From contig CAOKEO010000005.1 of NCBI GenBank assembly GCA_948467495.1, positions 414 through 64,413 on the forward strand: a stretch of DNA of 64,000 nucleotides. Direction: 5' to 3'. Shown one piece after another: positions 19,682 through 31,000 of this stretch. Positions within the stretch are counted from its first letter, which is position 1. Each line of letters opens with the position of its first letter. Source of the stretch: an uncultured Clostridium sp. GTDB taxonomy: Bacteria > Bacillota > Clostridia > TANB77 > CAG-508. The notes under the pieces were generated by a model. That model did not search any database, had not been told where the DNA came from, and was given only the letters and a program-made list of their open reading frames with translations. Made by a program: the position numbers and the translations under genes.

Positions 19682-19863
19682 AAAACGACGCCTTTCTCTA
19701 TTTTTTATAAAAGACGAATGCGACCAAAATAGTTTTACAAATTCTTAGACAAAAGCCACAAAGGGTCCTGTTTTCGGGTATAGTTGTGGCTTTTGCTTAG
19801 AATTTGTAAACGTTATGAAGGGTAGCCGAGGAATTTATAAAAAATAGAGAAAAGCGTCGTTTT
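19682..19863 (-). ncRNA. candidate structured RNA: 182-nt rod-like hairpin with a large central bubble (6S-like?)
   Basis: A 30-bp closing stem with one C-A mismatch that becomes G-U on the minus strand. A 21/23-nt internal loop, a second stem of about 27 bp and a 22-nt apical region. It is intergenic between spoIVFB and the FGE-domain gene. Confidence 0.25.
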
Positions 19864-19945
19864 AAACATGAAAGGGGTTCCCTTTATACAGATAGAAAAA
19901 GTTTATGTGTTTTTATGATTCAATAATTTAGATTAACCAGCAAGT

Positions 19946-20599
19946 CTAATTTTGAGTCTTTTCAAGCAAACCATAAATTTTACTCCTTCTTTCATAAATT
20001 CTATCTTCGCGAATAAAAAGCCCCCAAAGAAAGAGAACCATCAAAAAGATAGCAATATTTTCAAACTTGTAAACAGCAATACTTGCAGCAAAAGTCACCA
20101 TCATCAAAACAACAAATGATATACAATTGATATATTTGTCTGCCTTCCTCTTTCCCAAAAATATATGTAGGATTCCTTTTATCACTCTTCCGCCATCTAG
20201 TGGATAAATTGGTAACAAATTAAACAAAATAAGCAACAAATTTGAATACAATATCATAAAAGTAAAAAAAACATTTTCCCTCATATGTAAGATTACTGCT
20301 ATCACCATAGCATTTGTAATAGGTCCTGCTAAGGCAACCAATATCTTTTTTAATTCTAGTTGATTGCCATGTTTTATTTTTTTATTGTAATCTTTTGGTG
20401 TCAATCCAAAAGAAATTGACACGCCATATGGCAAAAACTCCATTTTTTCTGGCTTCATTCCTAACAATAAACCTGCTGCCAAATGTCCTAGCTCATGAAC
20501 AAACGCAAAAAACATAATAACACCATATACTTCCATCTGCTTCGTAAAATAAAACAAAACGACAAAAAGAAATATTTTCAAATCAACCCTAAATCGCAT
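19946..20599 (-). CDS. spoIVFB: M50 site-2 metalloprotease, SpoIVFB-like
   Basis: HELGH zinc motif within a TM segment and NLLPIYPLDGGRV (LDG motif). The gene is preceded by an M23 peptidase gene, as in spoIVFA-spoIVFB. Confidence 0.7.
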   Translation of the reverse strand: MRFRVDLKIFLFVVLFYFTKQMEVYGVIMFFAFVHELGHLAAGLLLGMKPEKMEFLPYGVSISFGLTPKDYNKKIKHGNQLELKKILVALAGPITNAMVIAVILHMRENVFFTFMILYSNLLLILFNLLPIYPLDGGRVIKGILHIFLGKRKADKYINCISFVVLMMVTFAASIAVYKFENIAIFLMVLFLWGLFIREDRIYERRSKIYGLLEKTQN

Positions 20600-20611
20600 A
20601 TATTTCCTCCC

Positions 20612-21500
20612 CTACAATTCCAAAATATTTTGCGGATTTATCGTTCGTTCCGAAATTCTAATCTCAAAATGTAAATGTGGACCTGTGGAATTACCAGTTG
20701 AACCAACCTCTGCAATTTCCTGTCCTTGTGTCACTTTATCCCCTTGTTTTACATATAACTGATTACAATGTGCATAAATAATACTAACTTCTCCTATTTG
20801 AATTTTTAAGTGTTTTCCGATAATCACCTTCTTCTGATGCCAAAACCACTTCTCCTTCTGTGGCAGCTATTATTTTAGTTCCCAAATTAGCTGCTATATC
20901 TGTACCTGTATGATTTTTAGGTACATTACCTGTTGCGGTATCTCTTTGTCCATAAGAAGAACTAATAATTCCCTCAATTGGTTTGATAAAACTAGTGGTA
21001 TTTTTTATATTTTGTATATCTATTTCTTCTTGTGATAAATTTTCTGGTTGCTTTATTTCGCCTTCTTCTGCTCCTCCAATTGCTTCATTACTTGATTGTT
21101 CAGTCGTTTCTGACGGCGAATTCTCTTGCTCTTGTTGTTGATTTGGCTGTTCTTGTTGTTCTTGTTCCTGTTGCTGTTCTTGCTCTTGTTGTGCAAAACT
21201 CATAATTTGTCCCTTTACCATTTCATATAATGCCAAAAAATTAGTATCATAGGAAAGTATCTCATTTGCCTTATTGACAAAATCTTTGGAAAATACATAC
21301 TCCTGATTTTGAATGATAAAAAAGGTCAAATAGATAACAACACAAATTAATACCTGTATTATCATTTTCTTTAACAATTTTAAATCTTTTTTGTCATTTA
21401 CTGTTACCTTTGCAACTGGTCGTGCTTCTCCTTGTTTTCTTCTTTCATAAATCTCCTCGGCTCGTCTAATTTTTTCCTCCACTGTCATAACTCTTTCCAT
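20612..21500 (-). CDS. M23/LytM-family peptidase in the SpoIVFA position; two track ORFs joined by a +1 shift at CGG 20819-20817
   Basis: TM segment, then a Q/E-rich linker, then HTGTDIAA...GDY-G-KHLKIQ...[15 protein letters not shown] (HxxxD and HxH motifs). Skipping C20819 restores the GYG-type motif, giving 295 aa. Confidence 0.8.
20817..20819 (-). other. in-frame CGG, +1 shift site (M23 peptidase, TAT C GGA)
   Basis: This is codon 228. Skipping C20819 joins it to ORF 20612..20827. Confidence 0.7.
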
Positions 21501-21570
21501 GTAAAAAACACCTCTTCCTTTGTTTCATCTTCTTCCCTAAATGATATGATAACAAGAGGTGTTTTATGCC

Positions 21571-21927
21571 TTATTTTACGATAAGCAGTATGGTCTGTAT
21601 CACAATTACCAAACTCGACAAAAAAGCATATTTCTTTAATCTAATATATTTTTTACTATTTTTTATCGTCACATACTGTTTTTGTTCTTGCTTATTTTCT
21701 AACTTTGAAATATAACTAGATACTAACATTTCCGCTTCTTTTAACACATAATCTTTTTCTTGCTTCCCCGTTTGTCTTTTATCCAATTGCTTATTTTTTT
21801 CTTTTTTTTCTATTTTCTCTAATTTCTTTACTTTTTTACTAGACTTTAAAATGACAATTGCCTCTTCTACTAAATTAGATGGCAAATTCTTTAAAACCAC
21901 CATGTTTTTCATATTACTAGTCTCCAT
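21571..21927 (-). CDS. hypothetical K-rich protein with a C-terminal TM helix
   Basis: AAGGAGG Shine-Dalgarno before ATG 21927 (METSNMKNMVVLKNLPSN...). C-terminal segment AFLSSLVIVIQTILLIV. No family recognised. Confidence 0.4.
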   Translation of the reverse strand: METSNMKNMVVLKNLPSNLVEEAIVILKSSKKVKKLEKIEKKEKNKQLDKRQTGKQEKDYVLKEAEMLVSSYISKLENKQEQKQYVTIKNSKKYIRLKKYAFLSSLVIVIQTILLIVK

Positions 21928-22027
21928 CTGTACCTCCTTAAAATTCGTACTTCTATTTAAAGTTTTTCCAGTTTTTTTAACCTTATACAAAAAAGAGAAC
22001 TCCTTTTAGAATTCTCTTTTTTCCCTA

Positions 22028-25000
22028 TTATTTACGTCTTTTCAAGTAGGCCAAAATTCCTAATAGAAGTGTTAATATTCCTAAAATGAATGCTATGATA
22101 GTCGTTTTATTGTTTTGATTATCCATTCCTGTTGCAATACTAATTAACATACCTGCAGTAGACACATTATCCTCTTGATTTGTTTCTTGGAAACCTGCTA
22201 AACTTTGTGCTTCTGAAATGGTTACTGTATTTATCTTCTCTTTTAGATTTTCTTCTCCTTTATTCCATCTTAATACTAACTCTATTTCTCTATTTTCTCC
22301 TGCCTTTAGCATTTGTCCTTTCATTTGCGTAGTAGTCAAAATTCCTCCTGCTTTTGTCCAAATTACTTTATTATCTTCTTGATGGTAGCTAAAACCATTT
22401 GGCATAACATCTGTTAATGTTATAACACTGCCTTCTGCTTGTCCTACATTGCTCACTCGTATTTTATAGGTTACTTTCACCTCTGTACTATTTACTTGGT
22501 TCCTATGAATATCTAGCTTATATATCTCTTCTTTACTAGATAATGTCTTTCCACCTTTTGTTACGCCATTTATGACTACATTACTTATCCATGAATCTAC
22601 TCTTAAATTAAATTCTTGCTTTTCAAAATAATATTTTACTATTATTTTATCTTTTGTCATATAACCTTCTTCATTTCCTGTACTTTCTACATATTCATAA
22701 CATGGGATACCTTTTCTTTTTGTCTGATACTTATCGCCTACATATCCATTTATGGTTTCTTTATCAGAAAGTATTTGATTGGTTTGCTTCTCCAAGTATT
22801 GTACTTCAACTTGTGTCTTTCTTCTATAATAATATTTTACTTCTATGGTATTAGCTGTCATTTTTCCAGTTGCATTTTGGGCGGTTTCAACTAAATCATA
22901 TCCTTCCCACTGCTTTTCTTTCGTTTGATAACTATCTCCTACATAGCCATGTATTTCTTCTGTTTCAATCTCTTCTTTTGTCAATTGATCTAGATATTTT
23001 ACAACTACTTTTGCTTTCTTTTTATAATAATATCGTACTGTCGTTTTCTCCTCTGTTATGATGCCTTTATTATTATTTGGTAATAAACTATTTCCATTTT
23101 CGTCCTTATCTACTAACTCGTATCCTTCTATCTCTTTTGGATGAACTTCATACTGGTCTCCTATCGTTCCTTCATGTATAATAGTTTCAATCACTGTATT
23201 ATCCTCTATATTCACATATTCTTCCACTACTTGTAGTCGTTTCTTAGTGTAATAATATTGCACTACTGTTTCTGTTTGATAGGTTCCATCTGCCTTTTTC
23301 GTTACTTCCATTTTCCCTTTTTGATTGGTTGGATTTTCAGCTAGTACATATCCTTTTATATCTTTTTTCTCGGTTGTATAAGCATCATTTTCATGACCTG
23401 TAATCTTGACATCTTCTGCTATTTTATTTCCTGTTCCTTTCTCTAGATGTTCTACTTTCACACTAGCTCTTCTACTATAACAGTACACCACTTCTATGAT
23501 ATCTGCTGTCATTTCACCTTGTGCATTGATTGGTGTATTCATTAAGTCAAATCCTTCAAACGTTTTTGCCTGGGTTGTATATTTATCACCTTGCTGTCCA
23601 GTATGTGTTTTATGATATAGCACTTCTTTTGTATTTATATCTATATGTTTTTCAATGATACCTGATGCAATTCTTTCATAATAATAAGTTACCTTTTGAT
23701 CTACCTCTGTTATGACAATATTAGAATCTTTTGGTGAATCTACCAATTCATATCCCTCTATCTCTTCTTTGGTTGTTTGGCAAATTTCTCCTATCTTGCC
23801 TATTTTTACAATTGTCTTTAATACATTTCCTGTCTTTTTATCAATATGTTCTACGATTACCTTACCTTGCTTTTGATTAATTGTTTTATCTATTGTGTTG
23901 GTAATCGTTGTCCCTTCTATCGTTTTCTCATAATACTGTAAATCATCTTTATGTTCTTCTCCTGGTAATACTGTCTCATCTACTGTGTAGGTAATTTGAT
24001 TTCCATTTTCATCATATTTTGGCAATTTCTCAAAAGTTGCTATATCACTATCTTCTTCTTTTGTTATTGTAATTTCTTTACTAGCCACTACTTCTCCATC
24101 TTTTTTAACTTGTAGAATAAGCTTTTCTGGTCTTAACTGCTTTTCTTCTTCTGAATCAACCCACATTAATGTTACATCTACTTTGGTGAAGATATCGATT
24201 GGTATTTGGTTGGTTTCTTCTGTTTTTCCGATTGGTTCACTTGGTTCTGTTGGGTTTTCTCCGTCTGTATCTAATAATTTTATCTGGCCAGTTACTTTAT
24301 TACTTAAATTTGTAGTATTGCTATCTAGATTTTTATAGGTAACTTCAATTGCTTTGGTTATACTAATTTGCCTTTTTCCCTCTGTATCTGTATCAATTCC
24401 TTCTATCTTTTCTGTCCATGTGATTGTTTTATTTTTAGCATCATAGATGCCACCTGCCAAATCTGACTTTCCTTCTGTTACTTCTATTTCGTATGGTAAT
24501 TCATCTACTATTGTTACAATGGCATCTCCTTTATAATGATTTAATACTCCTGTGTAAGTTATTGTATAAGGTATTTTTTCATCTGGTCTCATTATCGTCT
24601 GTTTATCACTTGTCTTTACCAATTTAACATCTTGTACAACTGGTTTCTCTTTTGCTTTGTAATAGTATATAACTTCTGTTGTATCTTTTTTTATCAAACC
24701 ACTAGCATTAATTGGTATTGCCTTCAATTCATACTTTTTACTTACATTGGTTAATTCCTTTGTTGCATACATAGAACCAATTTCCCCTGTCATAACGAAA
24801 TCTTCTGCTACTGTTCCATCAGCTAATGGTACTTTCTCCTTGGTTCCTTCTATATAGTAGTGGACAATTACAGTTCCTTTTTCTCTTGCATTCGTAATAT
24901 TTAATTGTTTATTTTGTATTTCCTTATCAATGACTACTTCTGTTGTTGGATTTTCTGGTAAAACATAGCCCTTTGGTGCTTCTATTTCAGTTACTTCGTA

Positions 25001-28000
25001 GATACCATATCCTAATGTTACTTCTATTTCTCCTTGTGCATTGGTTATGTACGTGTTATCTTGACTAACTTCTCCCTTTTGTCCATTTTTAGCTGTAATG
25101 GTAAATTTAGCTCCTGCCAATGGTGTTACTCCATCTTCTTGGTATTTTGTCAATTTTACCATTCTTTCTACTTTTTTGTAATAATAAGTAACACTTATTT
25201 CCTGTTTTTCATAAACCCCTGTGCTATTAACTGGTATTTGTGCCAATTCATACTCAGGACTTAAATCCTTTTGTGCTATTGGAGAAGTGGTATAACTTTC
25301 TCCCTCTTTTCCAACCTGTCTTATTGCCTCTGCTCCTTGTCCATTTGCTAATGGCACTTGATGCATCGTACCTTCTATATAATGATATACTGTTAATGGT
25401 ATTTGTTTTTCTACATATTCGTAAATAACTTCTTTCTTTTCTGTTGTAAATTTACCAGATGCATTTTCTGGAACAATAAATCTTCCTTGACCATCTACTT
25501 CCAACGTATATTTTTCTAAATCCATTTGTGGCTGTGTTCGATAGGTCTCTCCTTCTTTTCCTTCTATTATCTCATCTTCTGCTATTTTCTGGTTCGTGCC
25601 TTTTACCACATGATGAACTACAACTTTAGCACTTTCCTTATTTTCAATCATAAACTCTTTTTTTCCACCTGCTACAAATTCGATTTCTACTGGTTCTTCG
25701 CTTTTTAAATATCCTTGTGGTGCCTCTGTTTCTATTATATTGTATTTACCAAATGGAATTTGCACACTGGCTTGTCCTTCTTGATTCGTTGTTACTTGTA
25801 CACCATAAGGCTTTACTTCCACATGATGAATCACAAATGCTTGCTTTTCTATTGGTGTATTTCCTGTCTTATCATATCCAAAGTATAAATAGTACATTTT
25901 TCCACCTTGTAATGTAGTGGTATAATCTTTTGCCTCTTGTTTTCCAGATAACTTCATAAATGCCTTTTGGTCTTTGCTATCTGGTATTTCTTCATTTTCT
26001 GTTATGATGGCATATCCAATATCTCTTTTTGCTTCACTATCTATTTCTGCATTCACTTTCAAAACATAATTTCCAACATGATTTGTTAAATCAATTGGCA
26101 AATAAGACTTTTTATCACTCATTTCTGGATGTAATTGATATTTTCCGTCCCATAAATCAAAATGATAAGCTGGTTGGTAAACTTTAATACCATTTATCAT
26201 CATTTTATCATTATAATGAGAGGCACCATCTCCTTTTTTATAGCCAACATGTAAATAATACGTTTTTCCGCCTTCTAATTCACAACTATAATTTTGAGCA
26301 GGCACATTTCCTGTTAGATACATAAATCTTCCATCTGGATTATCATAAGATGGTGCAACACCTGTATCTGATATCGTTGCATAACCAATACCAATGGTCT
26401 CTTCACTATCAATCTCTGCATTTATTTCTATTCTATATTTTCCTGTCTTTCCCATCAAATTAATTGGCATAAAGGAAGTTGCAATGGTATTCGCTGTCGT
26501 AGTAGATATCTGATAAGCATTGCTATTGGTTGCTATATACTTATCATCCACTTTTTCAAAATAATACATTTGATTTCGAATCAATCCAATTGTTGAAAAA
26601 TCAGGATCCTCTATTGTTTTTTGACGGAAATCCCCTATTACATTTTCTAAATTTGTATCTGTACCATTTTCACTTGCTTGTTCTATACTAAAAGTAGCTC
26701 CTGCTAATGGTTGTTTGGTTTTTTGGTCTATCTTATGAAGTGTCATTTTATAATCTGTTAAAGTATAAGTAACTACTACTTGTTTATCTTCCATCACATT
26801 CGTAAATGCTGGCATGGTATAACTTCCATCTTCCGTCTTTTCAAAAGTATAATCTTCTCCATTTACTGTAATATTAAGAATCTCATAACCTTCTTCTGGA
26901 ATCATCTTTATTTCTTTTGTGTTCGTATCACCATATTTTACTACTTCATAAGGCTTTTCACCTTCTCCTGAAATACTTCCCCCTGTTATATCTTCTCTTT
27001 TTTCAACTGCTGTCACTATTTCGAATTCTTTTCTTGCATTTTCTACTTCTAACTCTTGAATTCCTGCCTTTTTTTCCTCTATCTTCACTATACTAGCATC
27101 ACCAGAATGAGCGGTACTGTCATAGTTAAAACGTCCTCCTACAACATAAATTCCATATGCGACTTCTGTGATAGCATTAATCGTATCATTTTTATCTGGT
27201 AATCCTATGCTTTGTGCCCATTTTGTTTCTCCCTTATTATCGTATTTTACCACAAACCCATCATAACTATTTACAGAATGATTATTTAAAACAATTCCAT
27301 TTTCTAATTCAATTCTGGCATCACTAAATTGTCCTACTATCATCAATTCTGCATTTTTTGTTTCTTCTATGGCATGAACATAATTGACACTTCTATCTTG
27401 TATTGACTTAGCCCATTGTGTTTCTCCTCTAGTATTATATTTTATTAAAGTTGAACTAGCAAAATCATTACTATCTGTATTTTTTCTCTGTAACACAACG
27501 CCATTTCCTAAGTCGATATGATTATCATAAGTTAAAGTAACACCTATAGCATATCCCCCATCTTGTGTTTGTATTAATTTTGGTGTTCTAACATCATTGT
27601 ATTTCACAGGATATGTCTGATTCCATTCTGGATTTCCTTCTTTATCATATTTTATCATCATACCTGTATATTCTGCTAATGGCTGTAAATATATATCATT
27701 TCCAATACTTAGGTTATTATTAGTTGGAAAGAAACCACTAACTGCATAGCCTCCATCCGTTGTTTGTACAATAGATGACATAGCTGCCCAGCTAGAAGAT
27801 GCCTCCAATAATTTTATCCATTGTGCCTCTCCTCTAAAGTTATATTTGGCTATCATTCCTCCATGACCTGTAGAACTATCAGCAACTATTCCATTTCCCA
27901 AATCAATATGATTTTTATGATAAGTTCCTCCTATCAAATAGCCTCCATCTTCTGTTTCTGTAAGTGCTGTTATTCCTCCCATAATAGAACCACTAGAAAA

Positions 28001-31000
28001 GATATCATTGGATTGAACCCATTCTACTTCTGCCTGACTATTGTACTTAATTAACATACCATTTGGTTTCATCTTAAATCCATTATCTAGATTTATCGTT
28101 CCTTCACAATACCCTGCTACTAAGTATCCACCATCTAATGTTTGTATCACTTCATGAATACCATCACTTTGGTTACTACCTATTACTTTTGACCATTCTA
28201 TCTCTCCTTTTTGATTATATTTCAGAAGCATTCCATCTGTGTCACCATGATTAGTTAATGTTTTTCCATTTCCCAAATCAATATCACAACTAAACCACCC
28301 TCCTGCTATATAACCACCATCTTGTGTTTTAGCAATAGATGTAATTTCATTTCTACCATTTCCTCCTATTAGTTCTTCTGGTTGTATTTCGGGATTTGTT
28401 ATCTCAGTTGCTCGGATTTTAATTAGCATAGCTATATCATTATAATCACTAGGATAGCTAGGAAGTACAACTTCATCTCCTAAATCTAGGATAGAAGCAG
28501 CATATCTAGTTCCACCTATTACATAATCCCCCTGATTAGTTTCTAAAATAGAATGCATCCCAGTAGAAGCTCTACCAATTACTTTAGCCCACTGTGCTTC
28601 TCCTTTTGTGTTATATTTTATCAATGCACCAGTATCTGACTCTTCAATAGCTGATAAAATAATATTTTCTCCTAAAGTAAAGGTTTTCGTAAAATGACCA
28701 CCTATCACATAGCCACCATCTTTGGATTCTATCATTGCTTCAATGGATGAATCTTTTCCGTCCTTAATGGCATTGGCCCATTGTATATTTCCTGTGCTAT
28801 CAAATTTAATCATAATTCCTGTTTTATCAGAATCATTGCAAGCTAAATGGATTCCATCTCCTAACTCTACTGTATTGGTTCCTTCTGTATATTCTCCTAA
28901 TAAATATTCACCTTTACTAGTTTCTAACACAGATGTTACTTTTTGAACGCCATTTCCTGTCATTTCAGCCCATTGTACTTCTCCTGTTTCATTATATTTT
29001 GCAATAAATCCTGTTTGTCCATTTCCTGTAAGAATTAAATCAGAAGTAAACTCTGCCTTCCCATTCGCAAAATAGCCTCCTACTACAAAACCTCCCTCTT
29101 TTGTTTCTTTCACTGCTGTAATATAACCATAATTACTAAAATCGATTATCTTAGTTTCTTGAACATCTCCCTCACCATTGCTTCTTACAATAATTCCATC
29201 TGAATCATGATTTTGTCCTACTAATAAAAATCCACCTTCTATCGTTTTAGCAAGAGAACTTATTGATCTGACACTTTCTAACACTTTTTTTCTCCATTGG
29301 ATGACACCATTACTTCCTACCTTAACTACAGTACCATCTCCTAAACAGCTAATATAATCTCCTTCTGTCGTCTCTACTAAATTACTACCAATTTGATTTT
29401 CATAGGTTCCTCTATTTCCTAGTGTACAATTCCATTGCTGATTTCCTTCATCACTATACTTATAAAGTACTTCTATACCATCAGTACCATTTTGTAAAGT
29501 ATTAACACTTGCTAAATAACCACCATCATTGGTTTGTATTACAGTATGAAACACCTGGAAACCTGGAATATCTTTTGCCCATTGTGTTTTGAAACCAGTA
29601 TCACTTTGATTGGAACCAATAGAAAAATAATAACCTCTATCAGAAATTTGGTATTTCTCTGGTGCTTGTAGTTCTATGGCTTGATACTTACCTTCTTGCA
29701 AATCTGCCGAAATTTCACCATTAACATCTGTGGTTAAAACATAATACTCTTTTTCATTTATCACTTCTTTGTTTCCTAAAATTTCACCTTTACTATTTTT
29801 GGCTGGTTGCTCGTTCTTTTCCATATCATAAATAGCAAATTTTACATTTGGCACTACTGCTCCTGTCTCTGCATCTTTTTTGGTCAATTTGAAAACAGGA
29901 GTATCTTCTAATTGCAATCTTACCGTGTTTCTATCAGATTCATATTCTTTTGATTCATCTCCTTGTGTCTGTAATTGCAATTTTCCATCTTTTCCCTGAA
30001 CTTGGAATGTGATATCTTTTATTTTAGAATAACCAGTTGGTGCTATTACCTCTTTTAATGTATAAGTAGCTATTTCATCTTTTCCTTCTACATATTGATA
30101 TAAACCACTTATGATGAATTGACCATTCTCATTTGTAGTATAAGTTCCTATTTCTTGCTTATCCTTGTATAATTTGAATCTTGCTCCTGACAATCCTGTC
30201 ATTGTTTCCTCTGCTACCGTATGAGAAGTATCCAAATGAGTCATCTTTCCTATTTTAGTAATTGCTAAATCATAAGTTGGTATTTTTTCATTTTCTAAAG
30301 TCATACATAAAGTTGGAATATGTTCTACTTCTGTTATTGTATTCTCTCTAACTTCTCCTTCCTCAATTTGTGCTTCATATGTTCCATTATGATTAACAAT
30401 TTTAAACTTTATTGGGCTTGCTAAATAATACCCTGTTGCCTTTTTTTCTTGCAAAGTGTAAGTTTCATCCATAAATAGTCCATTTAAACTAACATTTCCA
30501 TTAACATCTGTATATCGTATTTGTCCCTCTTCAAAACCTTTTCCCTTTAGTTCATAAGAAACAAATCCCAATCCTTTATCTGTATCTTTTTCCTTTTTCA
30601 TTATTTTTAAGGTAGCTTTTACTTCATCCTCTACCACTACCATTACATTAGAAGTCTCACCTTCCTTTTTCGTAACTGTCATATCTTGTTTAGTTGTTCC
30701 CTGCAATTTTTCAACCACTAAATTTCCTTCTGAATCAATTCTAGTAGTATATCTTATCTTATCAGCATTCAAAGCATAATCTTTTGGTGTTTTGATTTCT
30801 TCTATTTCATAAATCTTTTCTGCATACAAACCACTTATCATGAATTGTCCTTGTGTATTCGTTACCGCTGTTTTTCCTTCTTCTGCTACTGTATCATCTA
30901 CCACCTCTCGAACACGATACACGGCACCTGGTACCAATTTATCCGTTTGTGATTGATATTTTGTTACTGTCAAATCATATGTCTTTGCTACTCTTAATCC

